A stretch of 64,000 nt of DNA from the IMG/VR virus record IMGVR_UViG_3300011008_000999; one strand, written 5' to 3'. The stretch is from a virus. Lineage: Duplodnaviria > Caudoviricetes. Shown in pieces: positions 9,827 to 19,947 of the stretch (the stretch's first letter is position 1; each line of letters opens with the position of its first letter). The notes under the pieces are model-generated. The model had not been told where the DNA came from, made no database searches, and saw only the letters and a list, made by a program, of their open reading frames with translations. Position numbers and translations under genes: made by a program.

Positions 9827-10369
9827 TTATTTTCTAAGTACGAAGTATCTATCTTCATTACAAGCTTGAATAAGATCTTCTTTTGTATATTTCACATCTC
9901 TAATACCTAATTCATTGAGTATCTTTACTAAAGTAGAAAAGTCTTTAACTCTCTTTCCTTTACCTGCTACATAATTGTAGAAGTTCTTTTCACCAAGTCT
10001 CTTAGCAATTCTAGTTAAATTGAACTCATAATCACCTACAGTATCAGCACCAATTGCAAAAACTGTAGTATAAGTATCATAAGCACTAGTGATCCAGAAG
10101 CTATAAGAAAGCTTAGACTCAATGGTTCCGTCTAAAAACTGCTGATACATGAATGTATCTTTCATTTTTTCGTATACGTCTCTATATTGACCTTCACCTG
10201 CTTCATCACATTTAGCAAGAAATCTTCTTCTTTCATCTGCAGTCATTGGAATACAACCTCTAAAAGAACTATCATGCTCTACACAATCTGCAGCTTCTTC
10301 AATAGTAAATCCTGGTAAAGTACCAATGCTATTCCATGGATCGTCTAAATATGTAACATAGAAAGTCAT
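9827..10369 (-). CDS. hypothetical protein
   Basis: 180-aa ORF with RBS. Confidence 0.7.
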   Translation of the reverse strand: MTFYVTYLDDPWNSIGTLPGFTIEEAADCVEHDSSFRGCIPMTADERRRFLAKCDEAGEGQYRDVYEKMKDTFMYQQFLDGTIESKLSYSFWITSAYDTYTTVFAIGADTVGDYEFNLTRIAKRLGEKNFYNYVAGKGKRVKDFSTLVKILNELGIRDVKYTKEDLIQACNEDRYFVLRK

Positions 10370-10381
10370 ACTTATACCTCC

Positions 10382-10624
10382 TTATTTTTTAATCTTAAAT
10401 GAACCATCTTGTTCATTAAATTTAGCTCTGTACATATGACCAACTTCGTATATAGTAGAACATTCATCATACTCATAAAGTATCTTAGAATTTTCTGGTT
10501 CTACAAAACTAAATTGGTATTCACAAGTAGATTTGTTTCTACCATCATCATCTATACCATAAATCATATTTTTCGCAATACAAGTTATGGTACAATCAAT
10601 TATGTGCTTTTTCTTAAAAAACAT
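10382..10624 (-). CDS. hypothetical protein
   Basis: ORF with RBS. Confidence 0.6.
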   Translation of the reverse strand: MFFKKKHIIDCTITCIAKNMIYGIDDDGRNKSTCEYQFSFVEPENSKILYEYDECSTIYEVGHMYRAKFNEQDGSFKIKK

Positions 10625-10658
10625 AATTTATACCTCATAATTTCCTTACAGATTATTG

Positions 10659-11111
10659 TTAATCAGCAATAATTTTAGAGCCAAAGATCTTTTCAATAAG
10701 CAGTAATTGGTCATATGCAGCCATTACAGTTGTATAAGAAGCTTTAGCATAATCATATAACTTCTGTCCAAATTCAGTAAATTCTACATTGACTACCTCA
10801 GTATCTTCTACATATTCTGGATAATATGTTACACCATTACGACTAATTTTCATAACTGCATAAGGCGCATTAGTCTTACGAATAGCAAATGGTAAACCAG
10901 CTGGAATCCATACATCATCGCCATTGTTATCTATTCTGCAGCCAAATCTTTCTGCGTCATCTTTAGCAGCTACACTATCTGCACCATCATATAAGCTAAT
11001 CTGATCTATCATAATAGGTTCATTATAACTAAACTGACCATTTACAAACATTTTATCAAACAGATCTTTATCTTCTGCATACAAAATAGGTTTTAATTCT
11101 CTAAATAGCAT
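10659..11111 (-). CDS. hypothetical protein
   Basis: ORF with RBS. Confidence 0.7.
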   Translation of the reverse strand: MLFRELKPILYAEDKDLFDKMFVNGQFSYNEPIMIDQISLYDGADSVAAKDDAERFGCRIDNNGDDVWIPAGLPFAIRKTNAPYAVMKISRNGVTYYPEYVEDTEVVNVEFTEFGQKLYDYAKASYTTVMAAYDQLLLIEKIFGSKIIAD

Positions 11112-11123
11112 ATTTCAGCCTCC

Positions 11124-11630
11124 TTAATCATATACTAAAGTAGTTTTGTCAAACATTAGATTATTCCAATTATCTACATAAACTGTTACAGTAGTGACAT
11201 TTATACTAGCCTGACTTCCAATTCCTATATGTTGAGATCCACCTTTTTTAGTAGATACTAAATTGATAAATCTTTCTTTAGAAATTTTAGTAGCATAACC
11301 ATATCTATCATTTTCATAAAATTCTTTTGCAGATTCTATATCAGATCCATTAATCTTAGCTTCATGCCAACCATATTGTGGATGTTTCTTATAGAAATAT
11401 CTAAAACCACTTACAATACCTCCAGCATTGCCTGATAACTTAATGTCATACTTTTCTGAATAGTCTGAATCATAAGATAAGTCTAAGCCTTTAGATCTGA
11501 GAGCTCTTTCCATATCTTTTTCGATATCTTTCCAAGTATCATAATTGATTAAATGAACATCTTCTATCTTATAACCAAATTGTTCTAATGTGCCAACTAA
11601 TACGTCCATAATTTCATCTGCTTTAGACAT
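11124..11630 (-). CDS. hypothetical protein
   Basis: ORF with RBS. Confidence 0.7.
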   Translation of the reverse strand: MSKADEIMDVLVGTLEQFGYKIEDVHLINYDTWKDIEKDMERALRSKGLDLSYDSDYSEKYDIKLSGNAGGIVSGFRYFYKKHPQYGWHEAKINGSDIESAKEFYENDRYGYATKISKERFINLVSTKKGGSQHIGIGSQASINVTTVTVYVDNWNNLMFDKTTLVYD

Positions 11631-11649
11631 GATAAAATCTACCTCCTTA

Positions 11650-11955
11650 TTAATCTTCTAATTCACCAATAAATATTATATCTTTAAAATTAAACATAGT
11701 ACCATTATCATCTACAATATTATCATCTTCAACTCTATCAAATACTATTTCATATACATGTCCACTTCGTGCAATCATAAATAAATTTTGGCCTTTTTCA
11801 AATACTAATAAGAAACTATTACCATTATCATCTTTACAACTTGCGCCTTTAGCGTCTTGCCATACTAATGATGTTCTTGGATTTTGTCCTGTAAACAATT
11901 TATCTTCTGTTATTACTTTAATATTATTACCATAAACCATATTATCAAAATACAT
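11650..11955 (-). CDS. hypothetical protein
   Basis: ORF with RBS. Confidence 0.65.
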   Translation of the reverse strand: MYFDNMVYGNNIKVITEDKLFTGQNPRTSLVWQDAKGASCKDDNGNSFLLVFEKGQNLFMIARSGHVYEIVFDRVEDDNIVDDNGTMFNFKDIIFIGELED

Positions 11956-11989
11956 ATTAAAATCCTCCTTATAAACAAATTCTTCTTAT

Positions 11990-12055
11990 AAACAAAATGA
12001 CCAGCTTCATTTCTGAAACCAGTCATTTTTCTCATCCTTATATAATTAAATAGCC
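11990..12055 (-). repeat. dispersed CTATTTA-promoter plus AAAATGAC-hairpin unit
   Basis: GGCTATTTAATTATATAAGGATGAGAAAAATGAC...GTCATTTTGTTT. Confidence 0.7.
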
Positions 12056-12057
12056 TT

Positions 12058-13635
12058 TTATTTCTTCCATTCAAATTTTAATGAACCACTACCCCAAATT
12101 ACTGGATAATTCTTAAGCTTACTATATAACTTAGGGTTTCTTGCAACTACATTATCTCTAGATATTACATACCATTTATTTGGACCAGTATCTCCAATTA
12201 GCTCCATACCTAAAGCTAAATAAGACTTACCATCAAACTTATTAAAGTCACAATAACTGAATACTTTTGATGGAGTATAATCAGTGACAAAATGTTTAAA
12301 TAACTTACTTACACCACCTATGACTATATTATTAGAACCTGGACAACCACGAATGATTTCCCATTCATTATCGTTTTTAAGGTTTCTATTATATCTAGTT
12401 TTACTAAATGACATAAGTTGAACTAATTCATTTTTGTAGAATAATCCATACGTAACTTGAGCATTTCTATGACCTTGTAAATGCGTAGCTTCATTAAATG
12501 GTTTAGCATCTTGATTAGATATTAGCCTAACTTCACACTGACGAGCATATATCTTAGATACTGAACCTAATGATATATTCAGTAACTGCTTAATCTTATC
12601 AGGATAATTAGACCATTCCCATTCATAAATATGAATCAATCTTATTCCTCTATCTCTACAAGCTTTAGACTTATCTATATGATAAGTTTTATTCTTATGT
12701 TCTGCATCATGCCAGAATGTTCCATTACACTCTATAGCAATATGTTTATCTGGAATATATACGTCTAATTCATAAGGCTTTAGAATATCTCTAGTATTAG
12801 TAATAATCTTACCAGAATAGATAGATTTAATGTAGTCAATAACTTCAGTTTCAAATAAAGAACTTTGATAATGATTAATCTCACTATATTTTTGGATATT
12901 GATAAGCTCTGAATTCTTTATAAAGGCATTATTTCCACAATAAATAGGATGTACGTTAATCTTATCAATAACAAAAGTCCAACCAAAACCATATTTCTGA
13001 ATAACTTCATCTCTACTAATACAATCATTTTGTATCATAAATTCTTGTAATCTAGACTGTTTTAATTGTTTTGTATGTTGTTTTACTATATCAGACTGCT
13101 GAGGACGTTCTGTACCATATTTAGCTAAACTAGTAGCTTTACTTTTGTCCTTAACATCATCACTTTGCCAAGAATACTCTACTCCATAACGTTCTAGATT
13201 AGTTTGTCTAATCTTTTCTTTTATTTGTTCCGATGCATATACATTTTCAACACCATACTTCTCGACGTTTGTTTTAGCTCTTTTAGTCTTAGCTTCTTTT
13301 GATTGACTATTTACTTTTGCTTTTTCTTTAGTCTCCTCAAGATTAAGATTGCATTTTACTCCATATTTTTCAATAGAAGTTTGTTTAATCTTTTCTCGGA
13401 CCACTGGATCTAAGTTAGCACACTTAGAAGAACAATATAATCTATAACCAGTTAGTATAGTATCAAATGCAGTTTCTTTTCCACAAATCTTACACTTACC
13501 TTCAGAATCAGTTTTAAGATACTTATCATAATAATCTTTACTTGCTAACTGATGTTTTCTCTTAAGATGACTACTTATTCCTTTAGGTCCGCATTCTTGA
13601 CCACATATTTTACACTTAAACATATTTATCTCCAA
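12058..13635 (-). CDS. homing endonuclease (Zn fingers, KYGV repeats, Vsr-like nuclease, Hef-like C-terminus)
   Basis: CKICG..HLKRKH; EGKCKICG..YCSSKC; TNLERYGVE repeats; PYELDVYIPDKHIAIECNGTFWH. Confidence 0.8.
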   Translation of the reverse strand: MEINMFKCKICGQECGPKGISSHLKRKHQLASKDYYDKYLKTDSEGKCKICGKETAFDTILTGYRLYCSSKCANLDPVVREKIKQTSIEKYGVKCNLNLEETKEKAKVNSQSKEAKTKRAKTNVEKYGVENVYASEQIKEKIRQTNLERYGVEYSWQSDDVKDKSKATSLAKYGTERPQQSDIVKQHTKQLKQSRLQEFMIQNDCISRDEVIQKYGFGWTFVIDKINVHPIYCGNNAFIKNSELINIQKYSEINHYQSSLFETEVIDYIKSIYSGKIITNTRDILKPYELDVYIPDKHIAIECNGTFWHDAEHKNKTYHIDKSKACRDRGIRLIHIYEWEWSNYPDKIKQLLNISLGSVSKIYARQCEVRLISNQDAKPFNEATHLQGHRNAQVTYGLFYKNELVQLMSFSKTRYNRNLKNDNEWEIIRGCPGSNNIVIGGVSKLFKHFVTDYTPSKVFSYCDFNKFDGKSYLALGMELIGDTGPNKWYVISRDNVVARNPKLYSKLKNYPVIWGSGSLKFEWKK

Positions 13636-13664
13636 TTCTACTTAGAGATAAATATCTCTAAGCT

Positions 13665-14060
13665 TTAATCTTTTACTTCGACTAAAGTGTCGATTGACAA
13701 TGGGTTATTTTGAATAATACCAGGCAAAACGGAAGCATCATTACGCTGAGTACAAAGTATACAATGTATTCCAGCAGATCTTCCAAGCTGAGTAATACTT
13801 TGTATGTTACTAATAATCTCGTCTTTTAAAGCGTCTTCAGCTTTACCTTCAGTAGTTTTAATACCAGACTTACCAGTTAACTCTGCAATCTCATCTACTA
13901 CAATCAATAGACGAGGCATTTCATCTGTATAACATTTATCTACACAGTTCTTATTGACTGGAATCCAATGTTCTCCATCAAGTTGAATTTCAAGTTCTGG
14001 CAATTGAACTTCTACTTTTGCTTTAGCATTTTTACCAGTATCATTTAACATCCATCCCAT
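13665..14060 (-). CDS. FtsK-like ATPase fragment (Walker B part) ending in a 12-aa split-intein IntN (13668-13703)
   Basis: PRLLIVVDEIAEL; QLGRSAGIHCILCTQR; ends IIQNN|PLSIDTLVEVKD, an intein block A pattern with Pro1. Confidence 0.85.
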   Translation of the reverse strand: MGWMLNDTGKNAKAKVEVQLPELEIQLDGEHWIPVNKNCVDKCYTDEMPRLLIVVDEIAELTGKSGIKTTEGKAEDALKDEIISNIQSITQLGRSAGIHCILCTQRNDASVLPGIIQNNPLSIDTLVEVKD

Positions 14061-14063
14061 TGT

Positions 14064-14957
14064 TTAATTCACCTCCAATTTACCTGCACCATATATAGTA
14101 TATCCATTATCATATATCTTAGTTGGTTCAGGAATAACATCTAATAAACTATTTTTATTAAAGTCATTTTTAGGATATTTGTCTATACCTAAAATCAATT
14201 CTTTTAATAAATGTTTTTGTTTATCAATATCTTCAAATTCATAAATATGTATTAGACGTATACCTTTATCTCGACATAATAATGACTTATGTAAATGATA
14301 ATCTTTAGGCGTTCCAGCATTTACAGAATGATACCATTTACCATTATACTCTATGGCTAATTTCAAATCTGGCAAATATATGTCTAATTCGAATGGATAA
14401 ATAATCTTACGTCTATTTTCTAGTATTATTCCTTTATAGAACGTTTTTATATATTCTACAAGTTCTTTTTCTGCATGTGAAGTGCTACAATTAGGCCTTT
14501 TTACTGATACATAGTCTATAATTTTTTGTATTTCATTGATAGGCACAAATTTAGTTTGACTATCCATATAAATAAAATTAACTATATTACTTGAATACCA
14601 ACCATGTCCATATTGTACTCTTAAATCATTCGCAAATATACAATTATGGTCAAGCTCAAATTGTTTTATTTTACTATTTCTAGTATCTTTCCATGCATTA
14701 GGATTAAAATGATCCTTGTCTGAATACATACATTCTGGCGAGCAATATTTTCCAATATATCCTATAGAGATAGTTTTGAACTTGGTATCTTTTCCACATA
14801 CTGTACATTTTCCTTCATTAGGTTTTCTTAAATATTTATCATAATACTCTTTAGCTGAAAGTTTATGTTCAATAAGATGATTACCTAATACTTTACATGT
14901 TTTACTACATATTATACAAGTTTGTGATTGATCTCCATTACGATCGAACCATCCCAT
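14064..14957 (-). CDS. homing endonuclease (Zn finger plus Vsr-like nuclease)
   Basis: CIIC..HLIEH; EGKCTVCG..YCSPEC; PFELDIYLPDLKLAIEYNGKWYH. Confidence 0.8.
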   Translation of the reverse strand: MGWFDRNGDQSQTCIICSKTCKVLGNHLIEHKLSAKEYYDKYLRKPNEGKCTVCGKDTKFKTISIGYIGKYCSPECMYSDKDHFNPNAWKDTRNSKIKQFELDHNCIFANDLRVQYGHGWYSSNIVNFIYMDSQTKFVPINEIQKIIDYVSVKRPNCSTSHAEKELVEYIKTFYKGIILENRRKIIYPFELDIYLPDLKLAIEYNGKWYHSVNAGTPKDYHLHKSLLCRDKGIRLIHIYEFEDIDKQKHLLKELILGIDKYPKNDFNKNSLLDVIPEPTKIYDNGYTIYGAGKLEVN

Positions 14958-14969
14958 ACTAACACCTCC

Positions 14970-15242
14970 TTAGATAGTAATCCAGTGATCACCTTCGTAC
15001 TGAATCAGTCCAAGTATTTCATCTTCTATGAATCTTACACCGTCAGATGTGCCTATAATAACTGTACCAATATTACCTGAAATCTTAACTACGATGAAAT
15101 ATGCTTCAGGGTCATTTACATCGTATACAAATGAGTCCTTTGAGATAAATTTCTTTTTAGTATCATCGTAGTCAAATTCAATTGGATCAATACCAAGCTG
15201 ATCAAAATAAGGTTTCATTGCCTCGTTAATATTAGTGTTCAT
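14970..15242 (-). CDS. hypothetical protein
   Basis: ORF in gene train. Confidence 0.6.
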   Translation of the reverse strand: MNTNINEAMKPYFDQLGIDPIEFDYDDTKKKFISKDSFVYDVNDPEAYFIVVKISGNIGTVIIGTSDGVRFIEDEILGLIQYEGDHWITI

Positions 15243-15246
15243 TCTT

Positions 15247-16083
15247 TTAATTTCCTTTCTTGAATAGGTTAAATTTTATTTTTTGTTGTGTATCTTTTTC
15301 TTTTATAAAACGATCTAAAATAAACAATAGATCTTCTGGAAGTCTATTACGAACTTCCTGTTTCATATCTTCAGGAACTCCATAAAAAGCTTCTGCCATA
15401 CTTCCTGCAATACAAGTTAATGTATCGCAATCACCACCAAGAGAAACTGCTGTACGTATAACATCTTCAAAGTCATTACTTTCTAAGAATGCTGTAATAG
15501 CTTGTGGTACAGTTTCTTGACATGTTTCTACATGATGATATGTAGGTCTAATTTCATCACAAGTTTTAGATAAATCATATCCAAATTCATCAATTACATA
15601 CTGTTTGATGTAGTCTTTATCTTTACCTGTTCTAGCTAAGAAAATAACTGAAGCAGTTGCTTCTGCACCTTTAATTCCTTCAGGATGATTATGTGTTACT
15701 TCTGCTGTAAGTCTAGCTACTTCTCTTGTTTTCTCTATAGTATTAAATAGCCATCCAACTGATGAAACTCTCATAGCAGATCCATTACCACAGCTATTAT
15801 ATGGTTCTGTATGATTTGTTTTAAGCCACCAAGAGAATCTTGTTCCATAACCTTCATCTGGATATAATGCTCCATAATGTTTCATAGACTTAACTATTGC
15901 TTTTTTAATCTTTTCATTAGACTTAAATCTAGTATCAAGTAGAGCTTCTGCTACTGCTAGAGTCATAACTGTATCATCTGTTTTTCTACTAGATTCGATC
16001 CATAATGGAAAATCTTTTCGTTTTTCACTTCTATCATATTCATAAGGTGCTCCAACCATATCACCTAAAATTGCTCCATACAT
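15247..16083 (-). CDS. ADP-ribosylglycohydrolase (DraG/ARH family)
   Basis: GAILGDMVGAPYE; TDDTVM; SCGNGSAMRVS; VTHNHPEG; GGDCDT. Confidence 0.92.
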   Translation of the reverse strand: MYGAILGDMVGAPYEYDRSEKRKDFPLWIESSRKTDDTVMTLAVAEALLDTRFKSNEKIKKAIVKSMKHYGALYPDEGYGTRFSWWLKTNHTEPYNSCGNGSAMRVSSVGWLFNTIEKTREVARLTAEVTHNHPEGIKGAEATASVIFLARTGKDKDYIKQYVIDEFGYDLSKTCDEIRPTYHHVETCQETVPQAITAFLESNDFEDVIRTAVSLGGDCDTLTCIAGSMAEAFYGVPEDMKQEVRNRLPEDLLFILDRFIKEKDTQQKIKFNLFKKGN

Positions 16084-16104
16084 AGGTAATTTCCTTTCTG
16101 TGAA

Positions 16105-16141
16105 TAAAAATCGAACCTAGTATATAAAATACCAGGTTCGA
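16105..16141 (-). terminator. intrinsic terminator
   Basis: TCGAACCTGGTAT/ATACTAGGTTCGA stem followed by TTTTT. Confidence 0.65.
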
Positions 16142-16149
16142 AATTTATT

Positions 16150-17874
16150 TTAATTATCATCTTCTAAATCTTCCTCAGATTCATTATCGAAGTAGAAACC
16201 GATCTTATGTTCTTTGTCTTTACCTCTATTGAAAATACGAGTAAGATTTAACATTCTTCGGCCATCAAAGCCTTTTTCATCACCTTCAGCATCTGCAAAT
16301 GTATAGAACTGAAATATAAAGCTTTCATTTACATCAAGTTCAATATTAGTAAGAATCGCTACACCTGAAGAAGCATTGAATTCTTTAATATGTGTTCTAA
16401 GCTCATCTAATAATTCAATTGGTTTATAGACAATAATATTATTTCTAAGTCTACCGCGCTTCTCAAAGTAATATGTTTTATTTTTAAGAACATTTGCTCT
16501 AGCTGTACCAGCGACACTTTCAAGTAATGGTTTAGTGAGTCTAGGATCTCTTGAATTATCGATAAGAGTTTCAAAGACTTCTTCCCAACCTCTTACCCTG
16601 TCATAATAGTCAGCTAATCTATGTTTAGCTACATATTTAGCAACTGCTTTACGATCTTTTTCTGGTGTATCATAGAAGTCATAGAAAATTTTAAGCATAT
16701 TAAGTATATGCTCTTCGAGTACATTGAGATCAATAATATCTCTATACATATTATAGATAATATATCTAGGTGCGTCAGACTTATACTTAGTTAATGCTCT
16801 CTGAACTGCACTAAAATATCCTAAACTTAACGCTGTATCAATATCTACACAGATAGTCATAGCTTCCAGACCAGATGACTGATATTCTTTAAACATCTTA
16901 TGTCTAAACTCAATTACTCTAGAATATTCTACATACGTCTTAATATTATTAAGAAGTTTGTTTTTAATATTTTCACCTATTGAAGAATCAGTATAGTTAG
17001 ACATAGTTATGTTTCGTTTAACTTCAGTCTTAGCAGTTTCAAAATAATCTGACAGTTTTAACTTATATGATGCATTAGAGTTTAACATACCTGCAACTCT
17101 ATTTTCTAAGTTAGGTACATTTACAGTTAAGAATTTATCGACATTTTCAATAAGCTGAGTAGTACTAACAGTGCTTCCAGATGTCCAAATCTTAGATTCT
17201 ATGTCTCTAATCCACTTTAAGATCTCGTCTCTAACTGCATCTAATTCCTTAGACTTTCTTTCAAATTCAGCTTGTTCCTGAGCTCTTTGCGCTTTGAAAT
17301 CAGCTTGTATTTTATTAAACTGTCCTTCATCAATTTCAACTACTCGACCTTTATCTAACTTACCGTAGAATACATAACCAGCATCATTTCTTACATAAGG
17401 TCTATAACACTTAACACGAAATACCCATTCAGTTCCACAAGGGAAATTTTCTGAATAAGTTTTCCATTCAGTAGATAAATCAAATGTACTTATGAGATTT
17501 TGAGGTCTAGTATAGCTAAATCTTGATCCATCATAATAACTTTCAAGTAAAGCTTTACCTTTAGCTTTTATAGTTACGTCATCATCAGCAAGATCAGTTT
17601 GAATATCAATAATTTTAGTTTCTTTTCCATCTTTACGCGTATATGGAATAAGTTTAGCTGTTACAGTAATAACACCACTTTCGGACTTTTTAGGTACAGT
17701 AAATGTAACAGTTTTTCCAGCCACAATCTGTTCAAGATGGTCTTCAGTCATATATCCTGGTTCAAAATAGTTATCATATACTTCTTTAAATATAGATAAG
17801 TTCTTTTTCTTACCAGCAGCATCAGTATATGAGTAATACCAACCATATGGACCATTTATTACTTTATTAGCCAT
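16150..17874 (-). CDS. hypothetical protein with an N-terminal repeat resembling 22583-23095
   Basis: 574 aa; TEDHLEQIVAGKTVTF..TAKL resembles TDEEVAALLAGQTIKF..TGKL. Confidence 0.75.
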   Translation of the reverse strand: MANKVINGPYGWYYSYTDAAGKKKNLSIFKEVYDNYFEPGYMTEDHLEQIVAGKTVTFTVPKKSESGVITVTAKLIPYTRKDGKETKIIDIQTDLADDDVTIKAKGKALLESYYDGSRFSYTRPQNLISTFDLSTEWKTYSENFPCGTEWVFRVKCYRPYVRNDAGYVFYGKLDKGRVVEIDEGQFNKIQADFKAQRAQEQAEFERKSKELDAVRDEILKWIRDIESKIWTSGSTVSTTQLIENVDKFLTVNVPNLENRVAGMLNSNASYKLKLSDYFETAKTEVKRNITMSNYTDSSIGENIKNKLLNNIKTYVEYSRVIEFRHKMFKEYQSSGLEAMTICVDIDTALSLGYFSAVQRALTKYKSDAPRYIIYNMYRDIIDLNVLEEHILNMLKIFYDFYDTPEKDRKAVAKYVAKHRLADYYDRVRGWEEVFETLIDNSRDPRLTKPLLESVAGTARANVLKNKTYYFEKRGRLRNNIIVYKPIELLDELRTHIKEFNASSGVAILTNIELDVNESFIFQFYTFADAEGDEKGFDGRRMLNLTRIFNRGKDKEHKIGFYFDNESEEDLEDDN

Positions 17875-17888
17875 GATCGATACCTCCT

Positions 17889-18698
17889 TTAGTTCGAATT
17901 AAAATGGTTATAAATAACTTGAATCATCTTAGGTCTAATTGTTATGAAATAAACTGCCTTGAAACAATCATCTGCTGCCATAGATAGTCCAACTTTCTGT
18001 GTAACTTCTTTTAAGTAGTCTGAATTATTATAAAATACTGACTGTAACATCTTAGAAGCAGCTGTATAATTTGGCCAAGCAAGTTCGTATTTTTCGTCAT
18101 TAAAGTTTGAATTAAGTGTATTTAAGTATGTTTCATCAATTCCATGTTCAGAAATATACTCAAATTCATCTTCATAATAAACTAAAATACTTTCAACCCA
18201 ATCATTATACTCATTTACATCAGTATCAATATTTAAACTAAGTGATTCATCTATAATTACTTTACTAATAGCTGATTTAAACTCCTTCATTCCAGGAGCA
18301 TTAGCCAGTTTCTGGAATGCATAGTTATGCCCAGTTCTTTCTAATAGATAATCATAACATTCATAGCAGTGAGATACAGTCATATCATGATTATAACTAA
18401 TATACTCAGAGATCTCCATATTATCTCTACTCCAGCCCTGTTTATTATTACCTACTTCATCCTGGACAACCGCTTTAAGTTTACCTGCAAACCAATGTTT
18501 AATCCAAGCTTCAGCTCTACCTCTGAAACCGCTATCCCATTTATCATTATCAATAATAAGACCAGTTCCTTCAGTATGACAATATTGCCAATACTTATTC
18601 ATTCCAGGACTATTTTCCCATTTACCATCAGATAACTGACCAATAACACCATCAATTATTCTAGCTCTAGTTGTGTTTCCTAAACTAATTGTCATCAT
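17889..18698 (-). CDS. hypothetical protein
   Basis: 269-aa ORF with RBS. Confidence 0.75.
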   Translation of the reverse strand: MMTISLGNTTRARIIDGVIGQLSDGKWENSPGMNKYWQYCHTEGTGLIIDNDKWDSGFRGRAEAWIKHWFAGKLKAVVQDEVGNNKQGWSRDNMEISEYISYNHDMTVSHCYECYDYLLERTGHNYAFQKLANAPGMKEFKSAISKVIIDESLSLNIDTDVNEYNDWVESILVYYEDEFEYISEHGIDETYLNTLNSNFNDEKYELAWPNYTAASKMLQSVFYNNSDYLKEVTQKVGLSMAADDCFKAVYFITIRPKMIQVIYNHFNSN

Positions 18699-18717
18699 GG
18701 TTATCTACCTCCGTAAT

Positions 18718-18790
18718 CCAAATAAAATGACTAATCTCTATATGAGACTAGTCATTTTTCACATTCTTACTCTATTATAATTAAATAGTT
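18718..18790 (-). repeat. dispersed promoter-hairpin unit
   Basis: CTATTTAATTATAATAGAGTAAGAATGTGAAAAATGACTAGTCTC...GAGATTAGTCATTTT. Confidence 0.75.
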
Positions 18791-18792
18791 CT

Positions 18793-19176
18793 TTATAATA
18801 CAAAAGTAGATATAATACGTCCAATTTCAGCTATATCTACACGACCCTTAAATTCAAAGGTAGCAGTAAAATTATTTGAAAATACAATATAAAGTTCTGA
18901 GTCTGGAAATATCTCCATAAATCCAGTAGTCTGAATAGTAAAGTACTGAACCTTAGAATAAGGCATAGTACAAAATGATTTTCTCTTACCTGTTACACCT
19001 TGTACATCAATAGCTATAATTCGCTTATTAGTAAATACTAACTGATCTCTAATTGTTTGAAAAGCCATAATTATCTCTTCATCAGGTACAAATAATGCCT
19101 GTACTTCACTTCTTACTGAATCATTTGATATCTGTTTAAGATTAAATACATTGTCTTTGTTAAAATTTACTGCCAT
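18793..19176 (-). CDS. bacterial PH domain protein
   Basis: RDQLVFTNKRIIAIDVQGVTGKRK..PYSKVQYF. Confidence 0.85.
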   Translation of the reverse strand: MAVNFNKDNVFNLKQISNDSVRSEVQALFVPDEEIIMAFQTIRDQLVFTNKRIIAIDVQGVTGKRKSFCTMPYSKVQYFTIQTTGFMEIFPDSELYIVFSNNFTATFEFKGRVDIAEIGRIISTFVL

Positions 19177-19187
19177 GATACCTCTCC

Positions 19188-19733
19188 TTATGTATAGTTC
19201 ACTAATTTTTCATCAAGTTTCTTTTTATCCGCAATTGATCCATATAGACCTATGCAAATCGCATCAGCTGTATCATTATCCTTGATGATCTCATCACCTT
19301 TCTTTGGATGATGTACTACAATATCTAAATTTACTTGAGGATATTTTGATTCTATAAATGCAACTGCATCTTCTTTCTTTGCTGATCTATTACCTAGTAC
19401 TTTACTTTTCCAAGATTGTACATGTACAGCACTTATAGAAATCTTATCTGAGAATTCATTTATTATAGTCGCTTGTAAGAATGCCATACTTACAATATTA
19501 TACATTCTAGATACACCTTTATAGAATGCAATTTCCTCAAATAATAAATAGTCGTTTTTAGTCAGTTTGTACTTTTTAATGTACTCATTAATTTGTTTAA
19601 TGATTTTCTTTCTATGATGCCAGGCGGATTCAGAATCTGCATAATTCAATCTACTCCAGTCAAGTAGTTCTTCACCTCGCATGACACAGATAGAATTACG
19701 AGTTTTATTGCCTAAATCTATGCCTATAATCAT
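19188..19733 (-). CDS. RuvC-like Holliday junction resolvase
   Basis: IIGIDLG; FEE; SWKSKVLG..AKKED; DTADAICIG. Confidence 0.8.
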   Translation of the reverse strand: MIIGIDLGNKTRNSICVMRGEELLDWSRLNYADSESAWHHRKKIIKQINEYIKKYKLTKNDYLLFEEIAFYKGVSRMYNIVSMAFLQATIINEFSDKISISAVHVQSWKSKVLGNRSAKKEDAVAFIESKYPQVNLDIVVHHPKKGDEIIKDNDTADAICIGLYGSIADKKKLDEKLVNYT

Positions 19734-19909
19734 AATTAACCTCTTTCAATCTTTATAATATGTCCATCTTTATCAATATAAGGACTAATTTTGTTCATAA
19801 TAATTTCCCTATAAAAAGTTAGTTTTAGAAATATTAAATACTTTACAATATTCATTTACAAGTTTTTCAAGTTCAGGATCGTTTTGTATCATAATTTTAC
19901 CTCATATAG

Positions 19910-19940
19910 AAAGAGGGTACTCATTTCTGAATACCCTCTT
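19910..19940 (-). terminator. intrinsic terminator
   Basis: AAGAGGGTA/TACCCTCTT stem after phoH. Confidence 0.6.
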
Positions 19941-19947
19941 AATTTAA

